Positions 52,464 to 64,000 of a stretch of 64,000 nucleotides of DNA are shown in pieces (positions within the stretch are counted from its first letter, which is position 1; every line of letters starts with the position of its first letter). Position numbers and translations under genes: made by a program. Under the pieces are notes generated by a model, which saw only the letters and a program-made list of their open reading frames with translations, had not been told where the DNA came from and made no database searches. Source of the stretch: Haliotis rufescens (lineage: Eukaryota); NCBI RefSeq assembly GCF_023055435.1, contig NW_025964355.1, positions 930,001 to 994,000 of the forward strand, written 5' to 3'.

Positions 52464-52641
52464 GAACACGGACAGCTCCTACGCTTGAGTCATCACCAAA
52501 TGACATAAGTATTCGACTTGTTCCGGGGCCGCAAGAAGGTCGTCTTGAAATTAAGTACCAGTCAACATGGGGAACAGTGTGTGACGACAAATTCACTAAT
52601 GCCAACGCTGGAGTTGTCTGTAGAGAACTTGGATTGCCCGT
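52464..52641 (+). CDS. PAN/apple-SRCR protein, exon 2 (SRCR N-half)
   Basis: cag|...[43 protein letters not shown]|gtaggt; not in the ORF track. Confidence 0.9.
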
Positions 52642-52804
52642 GTAGGTCTATAAATCTGCCTAAACACAGAATATTGTATTTTTGGTCACTGCTTCAAGGC
52701 AATTAATGTTTTTTGCGCTGAAAGTAGGAGCCAAACCATTCAAACCATGATGTCAGGATGCAATTCCATATATTGATTTGTTACAGTATCGTATGTGCCC
52801 GCAG

Positions 52805-53080
52805 GGGGTACGCCGAGTCGTCTAAGGCGCCGCGATTCGCTGTGCAGAGTTGCGTCCCTTGGGCACGCCAGGAACCTATGATTGTGGGTTCGAATCCCGA
52901 TTCGCCCCGATTATGTTTCTAGGCTTTGAGTACCATACCCGTGCTCGTGGGTTTCACCAATGTGGTATACGTCTGAGACCTGCATCACTTCGGGTTTTCC
53001 TCCCACATTAAGCTGACACGCCGCGATATAACTGTAATACTGTTAAAAGTGGCGTTAAACCCAACTCACTCACTCATTCA
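52805..53080 (+). mobile_element. V-like SINE, intronic
   Basis: Family match. Confidence 0.88.
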
Positions 53081-53553
53081 TTCATATGTTGCCGCAGTTT
53101 TTAAGGTTTAAGATTAAGGTTTTTAGTTATAAAAACAAGAGTATGAGATAATCGGAATCGTAATAGACTTATATTATATGGAAATTTGCCATTGCTGTGC
53201 TTATTGTAACACCACTGGAATGTTTGTGATACAAATAATTTGTTCCTGATAAAGCCGAAAACAATCACATTAGTTCCCCGGGTGCCCTGAAATAAAGATT
53301 CTTAAAACTTGATTGGATCGGTTTATACTCTCACAGGACGAGAATGACGTGTTTTGAAGCAGTGACCAAAACTGTTTCGAAAAAAAGAGTTCTAGCCCTT
53401 CAAAATGTTTGACGATACTTGTTTAGACAAGATGTGAACCAAATTAATACCTCGTTTTTCACTTACTCAGAATGTTGGTATTAATGCTGGAATTGTTGGT
53501 CGTGTGGAATGATCAAGCTAAATGTTATCCTTTATCTGCATTTTGTGTTATAG

Positions 53554-53718
53554 AGCAAACGCAGTGTACAGAGGTTCCGGGTACTACGGTGGAGGGCTGG
53601 ATCCAATACTGCTGGACGACATCAACTGTACTGGGAGCGAGGCGTTCAGTGTACCCACAAGGGATGGGGCTGCCACAATTGTGCTCACACTGAAGATGTC
53701 GGGGTTGTGTGTGAGTAA
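53554..53718 (+). CDS. PAN/apple-SRCR protein, exon 3 (SRCR C-half; frameshifted)
   Basis: tag|ANAVYRGSGYYGGGLDPILLDDINCTGSE // VQCTHKGWGCHNCAHTEDVGVVCE*; frame break at ~53642. Confidence 0.85.
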   Translation, partial: SKRSVQRFRVLRWRAGSNTAGRHQLYWERGVQCTHKGWGCHNCAHTEDVGVVCE

Positions 53719-53826
53719 TTACGAACTGAAAAGTTCAATGTAAGAGATAGTTAGCGAATATTGTCTGCGTAGTTACTGCATATACCTTTGTGATGTTATT
53801 TCGCTGTCTTTCCTTCATTTGTCTAT

Positions 53827-54050
53827 TGACCGCCTCAGCGGTGTTGTGGAGAGAGTATCTGCTCGGAGAGCGGAGGGTCGGTGGTTTGATTCCCGCACCG
53901 TGTCATATCCAAACACTTTGGGAAATTATACTTGATGATTCCATGCTTGACACTCGGCATTCGGAGGCTAAAACAAGGACTGGTTCTCTCGGAGTTCTGC
54001 ATGCGCGTCGCAATAGAAGTGCAATACTTTTGAACAATACGCCATTTTGA
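53827..54050 (+). mobile_element. Meta/MESC-type SINE, degenerate
   Basis: gaccgcctcagcgg head; ggctaaaacaaggactgg. Confidence 0.65.
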
Positions 54051-54933
54051 ACAGGATTTTATATATATCACGACGTGTTGGTTTGATGTCGGATAAAGGG
54101 CCTAAGTGATGCATGTCTACTATACTACTAAATAAAGTTAAGGGCCACCCTATTCTTTCATATTACCATAGGCAATCTCCCGTGCCATGACATATCAATA
54201 ACTATAACAATATGAAAGAACCCGATGGTCTTTAAGTATTGTTTAGTTGTATACTTTGTCGAAAGTCAACAAGGGCATGTTATGACAAACCTAGAACAAT
54301 AATGAGGGAGGATTTGTATGAAGGAACGCCACAGTCCACACACTGAACTTCAGCACCTGCGACAACTTGCCTCCTCCTCAACTCATCCCTGGTTAACCTA
54401 TGTGACGTGATTACTTGTGTGATGTGATGTCAAATGTTACATGTATGTCAACTGTGGTTATCTGGGTGTTTTGCATGTTGAACTGTGTATTCTGTGTGAC
54501 GTACATGTACTTGGCATCCGGTATTATTGTACTACCAAATACACATACACCCTTTTGTTGTTCTTTATAAATAAAATAAGTCTGTGATTATTTCTTTTTC
54601 GATTCGTTGTTTGTGTTATCGTGTTATTGATTTTATTGGACTTTGCGTTACAGCTATTACATATATATAGTGTCATATATACATTACATATAAACAGGAC
54701 CTCACGCCTGATTGAAGGATTCACAGGCACTGTGGCTGTTACAATTTATTTAGTTCTTGTCGGGTAACACTTGTATTTTATGTTATAAGGGGTAAGATAA
54801 CTAGAAAACAACAATAATATATAACGTCAACGCAAGAGAATAATCAGTATCGATTATCCCCCGAACATGTTCCATTGGCGTAAAAAAACAAATGACATAT
54901 TCACGGGCATCCCCGTCCAGAGCTTGGTCATTG

Positions 54934-55106
54934 NNNNNNNNNNNNNNNNNNNNNNNNNNNNNNNNNNNNNNNNNNNNNNNNNNNNNNNNNNNNNNNNNNN
55001 NNNNNNNNNNNNNNNNNNNNNNNNNNNNNNNNNNNNNNNNNNNNNNNNNNNNNNNNNNNNNNNNNNNNNNNNNNNNNNNNNNNNNNNNNNNNNNNNNNNN
55101 NNNNNN
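54934..55106. other. Assembly gap
   Basis: N run. Confidence 1.
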
Positions 55107-55673
55107 AATTGCGTATAAATTTACATTTCGCAATTGTTTATGACAATTAAGAGTAAACACCATGTATGTATTAGATTAACCAAAGCAGAACAAATTATAT
55201 ATGGTCGACTGAATTTAAATATTTCTATATTGAACTGCTTTTATTATTCTTAAGCAGCACCATACCATTATCTTATGGCTGGCAATGATATCTGGTAATT
55301 AACATTCCCACCGCCTGCATGGTCTTGTATATGGAGCGTCTGCCTGGAGAGTGTAAGGTCAGTGATTCGATCCCCTAACCGCGTCATACCAAAAGACGTT
55401 ACGTGTGTACGGCTTGATCTCGAGTTTGACAACGACTAAATAGACTTGTTTTGTTGTTGTCGGGCATTTCGTAGCAAAGGCATCAATGCATCATACGCCG
55501 GTTCTGGCCTTCTGAAACTGTTCTATGTGCTCAATATATTTCTCGTGAGTAGTTATCCTGTTCCCTTTACTGTATCTGGTCCTTGTGTATATACGAACTT
55601 TGCAATGTTTGGCCGAGGTTGATTTTCTTTCTGGGCTGGTCGGGGTCCTCAGATGTGGTACAATCGTTTATAT

Positions 55674-55940
55674 GTGAGTGAGTTGTGTTTAACGCCGCTT
55701 TTAACAGTATTCCAGTTATATCACGGCGTGTCAGCTTAATGTGGCAGGACAGCCCGAAGTGATGCAGGTCTCAGTCGTTTACGACTTCGTTGAAACCCAC
55801 GAGCACGGGTATGGTGCTCACAAACCTAGGAACATAATCGGGGCGAATCGGGATTCGAATCCACAATCATAGGTTTCTTGCGTAACCAAGGGACGCAACT
55901 CTGCACAGAGAATCGCGGTCCTTAGACGACTGGGCCACCT
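55674..55940 (-). mobile_element. V-like SINE
   Basis: Family match. Confidence 0.88.
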
Positions 55941-56129
55941 GTTCTTTTATATGTCACGTCACTCACCAGATGTAGGTGTTCCTTGTTATAGTTCTTGAGT
56001 ACGTTCTCGCATTATTCCGATGTAAGTTTCACTTTCTGTTTCATGACTATCAGGAAACATCACATAATTCCGGATAGCTCTGCATCTGATTTACTCTCTA
56101 AGGGCCAAGTTATCCCCCTTCAATGCAGC

Positions 56130-56270
56130 TGGGCGGTGGGGTAGCTTTGTGGTTCAAGCGTTCGCTCGTCACGCCGAAGGCCCGGGTTGGATGCCCCACA
56201 CGGGTTCAACGTTTGAAGTGTCCTCGCTATAATATTGCTGGAATATTCGCGTACAACCGTACACACTCAC
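56130..56270 (+). mobile_element. Short tRNA SINE (family A), diverged
   Basis: gggcggtggggtagc...cgttcgctcgtcacgccgaagg. Confidence 0.8.
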
Positions 56271-57595
56271 TATATGGAAAAGTTGTTTCTGGTGCTGGAA
56301 CATTCAGACTATTCTTTAGCGCTTGCTTGTCCTATTCCAGTTCGGCCTTGTAAATCGTCTAATTTAAGACTGGCACTCATAAAACGTTTCATCTATTTCT
56401 GTCCACCGTTAAACCCAATTTCACCTCACCTCATCTATTTCTTGAACTCGAGTTCGAGACTAAGTATGTTTGTTTAAAAGGTTGACAATAACACAAAGTG
56501 TATCTAACCTCATCAGGTGAATCTAACCTCAGATCAATTTAAAATTTGCCTATTATGGCTGTCGATGTTTCTGGGTTAGACTGTATGAAGGTAGGGGGTC
56601 GGGATTCCAGGCTGCACACTGTCTTGATTAGGGATGAGAAGTGATTGTACTGGGCGAGGGGAGCAGACTGCATTTAATGTTAGACGGTCAATTATACTTG
56701 TGATCATGCCTGTTCGTGTCTTGTCGTCATTGCGTTACCCGAATTCGTGTCAGACTCTACTGCGCCTGTAGACGAAGTTGATTCTCTCCTTCGATTTGCA
56801 GATTTTAACGTCTGGGATATGTATAGGCATGCTCCGTACGACAGACCATAACGTTTGACCTATTCTCCAAAATCTCGGAGAGCTTTTCAAAACTTGATGA
56901 TCCCACTCGAATATCGAGATATTACAGCTATATATTTTGTGAAAATTTGGATGGTTGGGATGAATTGCTGTGACATTTTGAAGTTTTGATTGAACATGCA
57001 TCACGTCTAGTGAACGACTGTCACGAATAAACAAAATAGACTTCAGAATAAACAAATAAATTTTCCAAGCATTTACGAACACATAAAATAAAATTCCAAA
57101 AGGTCCCAGCTCCCCACACCAGAATGACAAATGGCCGGCAACTTGGTATGAATACATTTGATCTTGCCTAATTTCAACATTTAAACATGTTTCAAGTGGC
57201 AGTTAACTATATGCAATAATACAGGTAAAAATAACTACAAAGTAAAATTCAACGTGCTTTATTTCCAAGGAGGTTCAAGCTTTGATACATCCAAATTATC
57301 TTTATTATCAGTGTGTACTTTAAATGTATATGTATACACAAATATTCCAACTAAGGTATAAAGTTTGCATGCATGACCCCATATATAGTGATTATTGCTT
57401 TAGTGTATGATCTCCAGATTAATTATGAGGGCTAACCATACATGGATATACATACATGATGTGTTTGTAGTTGATGGTACTATAGGTGCCTATAATGTTC
57501 AATGTTTTTAATGTAATGTTTCTGTTAGCGCAACTGTTACACGACGCATACACGTCCAGGTCAAGGTGATACACCTGTGATTTCATTCAGGATCT

Positions 57596-57872
57596 GGGGG
57601 CAAGGGTGGCCCAGTCGTCAAAGGCGCCGCGATTCGCTGTGCAGTGTTGCGTCCCTTGGGCACGCCAGAAACCTATGATTGTGGGTTCGAATCCCGATTC
57701 GCCCCGATTATGTTTCTAGGTTTGTCAGCGCCATACCCGTGCTCGTGGGTTTCACCGAAGTGGTAAACGTCTGAAACCTGCATCACTTCGGGCTCCTCCC
57801 ACATTAAGCTGACACGCCGTGATATAACTTGAACTGTAAAAAGCGGCGTTAAACCAAACTCACTCACTCATT
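57596..57872 (+). mobile_element. V-like SINE, full length
   Basis: TSD ttcattcaggatct on both flanks. Confidence 0.9.
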
Positions 57873-59217
57873 CAGGATCTATATACAACAAATGCGTCGC
57901 ATGTACAACATGTGCACTGCACAATAAGTCTTGGTTAAGGATTGAAATATCATATTGTACACGTTTCATAGGGAAATGTCATGATGTCATGGTGTATATA
58001 CATTTCCATGCAAAGGAGTAATGCATGTTAAGTAAACATGTAAGTATCTTTATGAAAAAGTATTAAATTTGATATTTGCCTTTAGAAGACAAGGAAAGGT
58101 ACATGTATGTTCTTTTCGGTCGAACAGAGTTTCAAAAATTCAAATATTTGATAACCAATTAATAAATTCCTATGAATTATTTTTTTAGGTGTAATCATTA
58201 CTGAGAATATTAATTGGGTAAAATGGTCACGTTGGAAAAAGGCGTGAAAAAAGCTATATTTGAAACGTAATAAGCAAGTCTGTGATCCAAGCTTTTGACC
58301 AAAATCATCATTATCGAGAGAGCTTGGGTAAAGTGTTTTCTTAAAATATCAAAACAAAACGAATCGGGCATGTGTTAAAACAAATCCAGACACATTTGTA
58401 AGACGTGTTTAAACTCTAGCTCACTTTTCATTTTGCCAAATTCTAAATAGCAGTACAAATGAGTTTACACTTATAATCTGTAATACAATGTACATGTTCC
58501 GGAACGCATTAATGTGTTTGGTTGTAGAATCATTCCCTATTTTCGGTTTGGATGTTGTCAATAGGCCCGTATGTCTGACTTCAAAATATCCTTTGGTGAA
58601 AAACCTCAATGGTAAAATAATCTCAGAAGTGTTTCAACCATCTATTTTCATCACGTAAAAGAGTGTTTTAACTGAATTGATATTTCATTTAAAGGGTGGA
58701 TGCATAAGCTTTTTGAGATGGTGAATTCAAAAGCGCTTGTTACGACCCACCGATTTCCAATACATGTGCAATGTGTGTAAAACTTTTTCTGATGTTCCCC
58801 TTGACCAGAGTATTCTAAAAACCTCTCTCATTCGATCAAATATTTTAAAACTGTTATATAAATGCAATACAAATATTATATTGCATGTCACATGCTTCAG
58901 GAACAGATGTGCCTTCAATACTGTTCACTGGTTAACTTTATGGTTGTGTTCATTTTTCATTAGCGATTAACAGTAGCATGAAAAGTTTGAAAAAAATTAC
59001 TGAGATCTGATATTCTGTGTTGCCCGAATAAGAGCAAATACAAATTGGATCAGGCACTATCTTAAAAAAGTGTCACTCTGGTGCGTAATCAATCTTTCAA
59101 GCCATATAAACAATGCAAATGATTTTTTTCGACAGTGAAATCATCATTTAAGTCACTCTTTGAAAGGGTCTATTTGAGAAATTATAATAAGCCCACCACG
59201 GTGAGTCCATATTAACA

Positions 59218-59563
59218 GACCGCCTCCTTGGCCTAGTGGTAGAGCGTCCGCCCGGGGAGCGGAAGGTCCGGGTTTCTATCCCCGGCCGCGTCATACCAAA
59301 AGACGTTAAAAGATGGTACTTGTTGTTACCCTGTCTGGCGCTCGGCATTAAGGGGCTAAAACAATGACTGGTCGGTTGGAGTCAGTATACTGTGTCTGAG
59401 TGGGGTATCCATGTTAAACTGCGGCATGGTATTTCAGTGGGCTAGCACTATAAATCGGCATCAGTCCGGACTAGTACAAGCAGCCACACAAACACACACA
59501 CGTCGTTATATAAGAGCAATAGTCTTGGACGCGACGGTAAACCCCATTTCACTTCACCTCACC
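59218..59563 (+). mobile_element. Meta/MESC-type SINE with TSD
   Basis: TSD tccatattaaca. Confidence 0.9.
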
Positions 59564-59899
59564 TCCATATTAACATATTTTTTAAAACCATATTTGTTTG
59601 ACATTTCTAATAAGAATGTGTTCCTTTTCTATCAAGCTATTGATTACAAAAAAGAATGATACATCTTGCTGGATGTGTACTTACGAAACGGTGATATAAC
59701 ATCTCGTTTGACCAACGCCACTGCTGTACATGCACAATAAAGCGGCAAAACCCTTTCCATAATCACATGTTAAACGAGAATGCATTAGGACTTTATCATA
59801 AACATGTGTTTGGAAATCAATATCAAATAGTGATGATACTAGCTGTTCACGAAAAGGCGAGCGTATCCTGCCCCATCGTAGGCACCCGTCACAAACACA

Positions 59900-61119
59900 T
59901 CATCGACACCTACACAACCACTTCAAGAATGTCAGCAGGTCTGGTACAACGATGAAGACAAAGGGAAGTACTAACATTACAATCCCTGACATCCCAATGA
60001 CATTTGAGGACTTTCTGTCGTCCTGTTTACTGACCTTCTTAGCAATTTCTGTCGTCAAGAGTTCTGTTTCAACTGCTAGATCATTTTGCAGTTCTTCTCC
60101 TCTTTGAACAGCCTCTTCTTGCACCGTTGGAACTGCCGCGGGTCTACACCGACACGTGCACTTCTGTCGTATTGCTCTTCCATAGCTATCCCAAGCAAGA
60201 ACCTGTCCATCTGGATGAGGTGTTGTGACAGCATCGGTTGTAACGGCAGCAAGAGATGTCGATGAACCGGTCGACGTTGATGACAGTATCGTCGAAGGTG
60301 ACGTGACCGACGTGGAGGTAAACGGTGCAGGTGTGGTTGTGGCTGTGGTAGGCGTTGAAGTTGTGGTTGTAATTGTGGTTGCGGTATGCGTTGAAAATGT
60401 GTTTGTGGGTGTGGATGTGCTAGGCGCTGTGTTTGTGATTGCGGTCGCGGTTGTGGTGGGCGCTTTGGTTGTGGATGTCGTGGATGTCGTTGTGGCTGTT
60501 GATGGCGTTGTGATTGTGGTGGGCGCTGTGCCTGTGGATGTCATGGCGGGCGTTGTAGTTGTTGTAGGCGTTATGGTGGACGTGGTTGTGGGCGTTGTTG
60601 CGGGCGTTGTGGTCGGCGTTGTTGTGGACGTTGTGGTGGGCGTTGTTGGGGACGTTGTCGGCGTTGTTGAGGGCGTTGTGATAGGCGTTATGGTGGGCGT
60701 GGTTGTAGTTGTGAGCGTTGTCGAGGGCGTTGTGATAGGCGTTGTGGTGGGCGTGGTTGTCGTTGTAGTTGTGGGCGTGGTTGTGGGCGTTGTGGTGGGC
60801 GTTGTTGGGAGCGTTGTTGATGGCGTTGTTGAGGGCGTTGTGGTGGGCGTTGTGATAGGCGTTGTGGTTGGCGTGGTTGTCGTTGTAGTTGTGGGCGTTG
60901 TGGTGGGCGTTGTGGTGGGCGTTGTTGGGGGCCTTGTTGATGGCGTTGTTGAGGGCGTTGTGGTAGGCGTTGTGATAGGCGTTGTGGTGGTTGTGGTTGT
61001 CGTTGTAGTTGTGGGCGTGGTTGTGAGCGTTGTGGTGGGCGTGTTTGTGGAAGTTGTGGTTGTCGTTGTAGTTGCGGACGTTGTGGTTGTGGAAGTTTTG
61101 GTTGTGACACTCACTGGAA
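59900..61119 (-). CDS. Terminal exon: Thr/Pro mucin, CxCxC, juxtamembrane module, TM (paralog C)
   Basis: catcag|xVPVSVTT... phase-1 acceptor; CTCRC...LAVETELLTTEIAKKVSKQDDRKSS-NVIG-TM-PDL; upstream exons not identified. Confidence 0.88.
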
Positions 61120-61820
61120 CTGATGTGAAAAAAAACATGAAATGTTAAACATGGACACGATGCAGCACAATAACGTAGCAATACGAAGTTAAACCATGAT
61201 CAGTTGAGTGCATAATCATCGCATCATGATGAGCGATTCGTCCTATCATGATAACACATATACGCACATATTGTTTGTGTGAGTGGCAGTGCCACCGGTT
61301 GGGCAAGACATGTTTACCATTTTACGAACACCTGGTGTCAGTGATTTTCAGTGACCCATTCACATAACTTTCAACCGCTGTTGTCCCTGTTACAATGGAG
61401 TACTTAGCATTCACATATATTATAAATAAATAACTTTGGGGCTAACTGACAATGACGAAATAAATGAAAAACAGGCTTGTTATAAGGAATAATAGTAATA
61501 GCAGTGTTTATATTTTTTTAATATCACAAAGCCTTGTATAACCGCATATATAAGAATGGTGGTCACTTTTGTGTTCTTTTTGATGATATGACCATGATTG
61601 ATGACAGTTACAAGTTCTGGATTCTGTTTAGTAAACATGACATTAGAAGTTAGACTGGTAAACTTGTATTCAATATGTATAATTGGAATTATTTCAAACC
61701 CGATTAATTGTAACGAAAAACATAGTCCTTATCCTGAGATTGTACAGGTATTCATGTTACTGTTTGCTGATAACGAGTTATCAGGTTCAAGTCTGGTGTG
61801 GCAGACATTGAATATTCTTA

Positions 61821-62082
61821 TTAAGGCGCCGCGATTCGCTGTGCAGAGTTGCGTCCCTTGGGCAGACAGAAACCTAAGTATGATTGTGGGTTCGAATCCC
61901 GGTTCACCCCGATTATGTTTCTAGGTTTGTCAGCACCATACCCGTGCTCGTGGGTTTCACCGAAGTGGTAAACGTCGGAGACCTGCATCACTTCGGGCTT
62001 TCCTCCCACATTAAGCTGACACGCCGTGATATAACTGGAATACTGTTAAAAGCGGCGTTAAACCCAACTCACCTACTCACTA
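61821..62082 (+). mobile_element. V-like SINE, 5' truncated
   Basis: Family match; preceded by a tiny LINE RT scrap (PEIVQVFMLLFAD, ~61732-61772). Confidence 0.85.
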
Positions 62083-63014
62083 TCAAGTTTAACTGAAGTT
62101 TGAATTTGAAAACAATATGATCTTTCAGTAATGAGGGTTAATATTGCAAAATCAGATAAATATGTTTTAAAGAAAAAAATCGAAGACATTGTCAATTCAC
62201 ATTAGGACCTGACAGAAATAAAAATAGTTGGCACTTACTAATAATACTACAAAATTTTAACTGGAATTTTCAGAAATTAAAAGGACCTTGGGAATAAAAA
62301 CTTTATGAAAACAATTGAAGATATTGTAAACTAAGATCAACTCACTTCTGTCATACGGAACAGAAGTATATTAATCATATATTAGATGCTCTTGACAAGT
62401 TCATCTGTATACTAGCAAACATTGGTAGGAGTCAAGGTCAACACACCAAGTACAATGGTCTTCGTGGATGTGGTACAACTCCTTTGTATTAATAAACATG
62501 GCTGTGCTAAAACCATTAGGTATTGCATAAGAATCATTTTCATGCTTTCATAAGATTCCCTACCCAACTGGTGTCACTATGCGATGCAAATGGACATGAT
62601 TACGATGGTAGGAAATGTGTCGTTTAAAAGTGGAAGTGAAATTGTATGGATTGTGCAACAGGTGGAGAAATTTATTATTAAGTCTATTAAACAAATGCTA
62701 AAAGATATATTTACAAGGATGGTACATATTTTATCCCAATCTAATAAACTGATTGTTATTTTGTAAAAGGAACATATTTCTCAAACGTTTTACTTTACTT
62801 ATGAGCAGCAGAATATCTGTACTTGCACAGAACAGACGAATTTCAAAATTAATATGTAGGTTTTAGTTTCAACAAGATACATGTAAATGTGCTGTCGCCT
62901 GATTGGATTTCTGAGTCATCATGTGGTCGCATGGTTTGTTCATATGCCGCTGTCATATGGCAGGATTACTGCTGTGCTGTGTCAGGCAGCAAAAAACATA
63001 CTCTTTTACGCTTT

Positions 63015-63296
63015 TTGATTGTTTTGTTTTTTGTTTGATCGTTGTTAAACGCCGCACCAAACAATATTGCAGCTTTATGGCGGCGGTCTGTAAATAATTG
63101 AGTCCGGACCAGATAATCCAGCGATTGACATCATGAGCATCGATCCACGCAATTGTGATACGATGACATGCATCAACCAAGTCAGCGAACCTGACCACTC
63201 TATTCCGTTAGTCGCCTCTTACGACAAGCATAATCGCTTTTTACGGCAAGCATGGACTGCTGAAGACCTATTCTACCCTGGATCTTCACGGGTCAC
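63015..63296 (-). mobile_element. Nin/Deu-type SINE
   Basis: ttagtcgcctcttacgacaagcat core; gatcttcacgggtc 5' end. Confidence 0.85.
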
Positions 63297-64000
63297 TTTT
63301 TTATGCAAATTGTTCAAGAGGTGGGTGCTAAATATAGGGCAGGACGTGCTTAGCCTGGTGTCACCTGGTGTCATCACCGATTTCAGTGATCCATTCGCAT
63401 AACTTTCACTGCTATTTTGCCTCCTAACTCTCAGTTGAATTTGCTATGTGGGAAAATCGAGACTTGCTGTTCTCTAGCGCTGACGTTTTATATTTAGTAG
63501 GAAATCACCGATAATAATGAATAACATTTACTAAATGGAAGTATTTCAGTCTGTATTAGCACATTTCAGATGTACATGACATAAAATTTGGTGGGTGTAG
63601 AAATGTTCCACGAGAAACAAGAATTTGCGAACATTGTAATATAAATGTATTTAGGAGAGATATGACAACAAGGACATACAAATGTTTTAGTGTCAGATTC
63701 CGGCAGGTTAGCATACAGATCGTGTTGATGTGATAAATAACATACATTAAAATACGACCCTCTCCCTTGACCAACCAAACATCTCCGTCTATCCGAGTAC
63801 TGTTTTTGTCCCAGTTGGCTCTTAAGGATGTTGACAAAGTAACTTAATACTGTGCATATGTCAGTATAACACCAGCTGAGGTGAGGTGAAATTGGATATA
63901 CATTAGGATCTGGGCATAAATGTTCAAAGTGACAAAATGCTATCCACAAAACAGTATGACTAAGAGGGATGAATATCAACTATATCCCTTCGCACAATAT

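Noticed and set aside
60225-61181. Val/Gly-rich, Asn/His-rich and Gln/Pro-rich ORFs
   Set aside because: Alternative frames of the Thr/Pro mucin exon
63556-63979. Upstream exon of paralog C
   Set aside because: No recognisable domain or convincing splice pair; first exons probably lie beyond the window

Overview
AT-rich, intron-containing animal genomic DNA with two N gaps. It is most likely from a gastropod mollusc (abalone, Haliotis-like), inferred from the SINE families; it is not prokaryotic and has no CRISPR, rRNA or real tRNA genes. Joining exons by splice-site phase gives a cluster of secreted and cell-surface protein genes. (1) A 3-exon secreted C-type lectin with an EPN motif (-). 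(2) A 3-exon secreted protein with coiled coils plus a bacterial-type beta-propeller domain (DWED / YIGDIG / DMETLMV motifs; -), probably nested in intron 1 of a + strand gene. (3) Three paralogous single-pass membrane proteins sharing an unnamed juxtamembrane module (Cys motif - L.L....LS...R.K.S..D.R.S - TM - DL) behind different ectodomains: VWA+mucin, acidic Ser/Gly 16-aa repeats, and Thr/Pro mucin. (4) A PAN/apple+SRCR gene. (5) A possible decayed galectin-like gene. The VWA and SRCR exons each carry a frameshifting deletion. The rest is a dense mosaic of four tRNA-SINE families, LINE fossils (APE-RT LINE, CR1, Rex/Babar-like, R4/Dong-like, Penelope-like), Tc1 fossils, MITEs, a 31-bp satellite with a 787-bp higher-order duplication, a 44-bp minisatellite, and a TSD-flanked Penelope-type insertion carrying a variant minimal hammerhead ribozyme motif.
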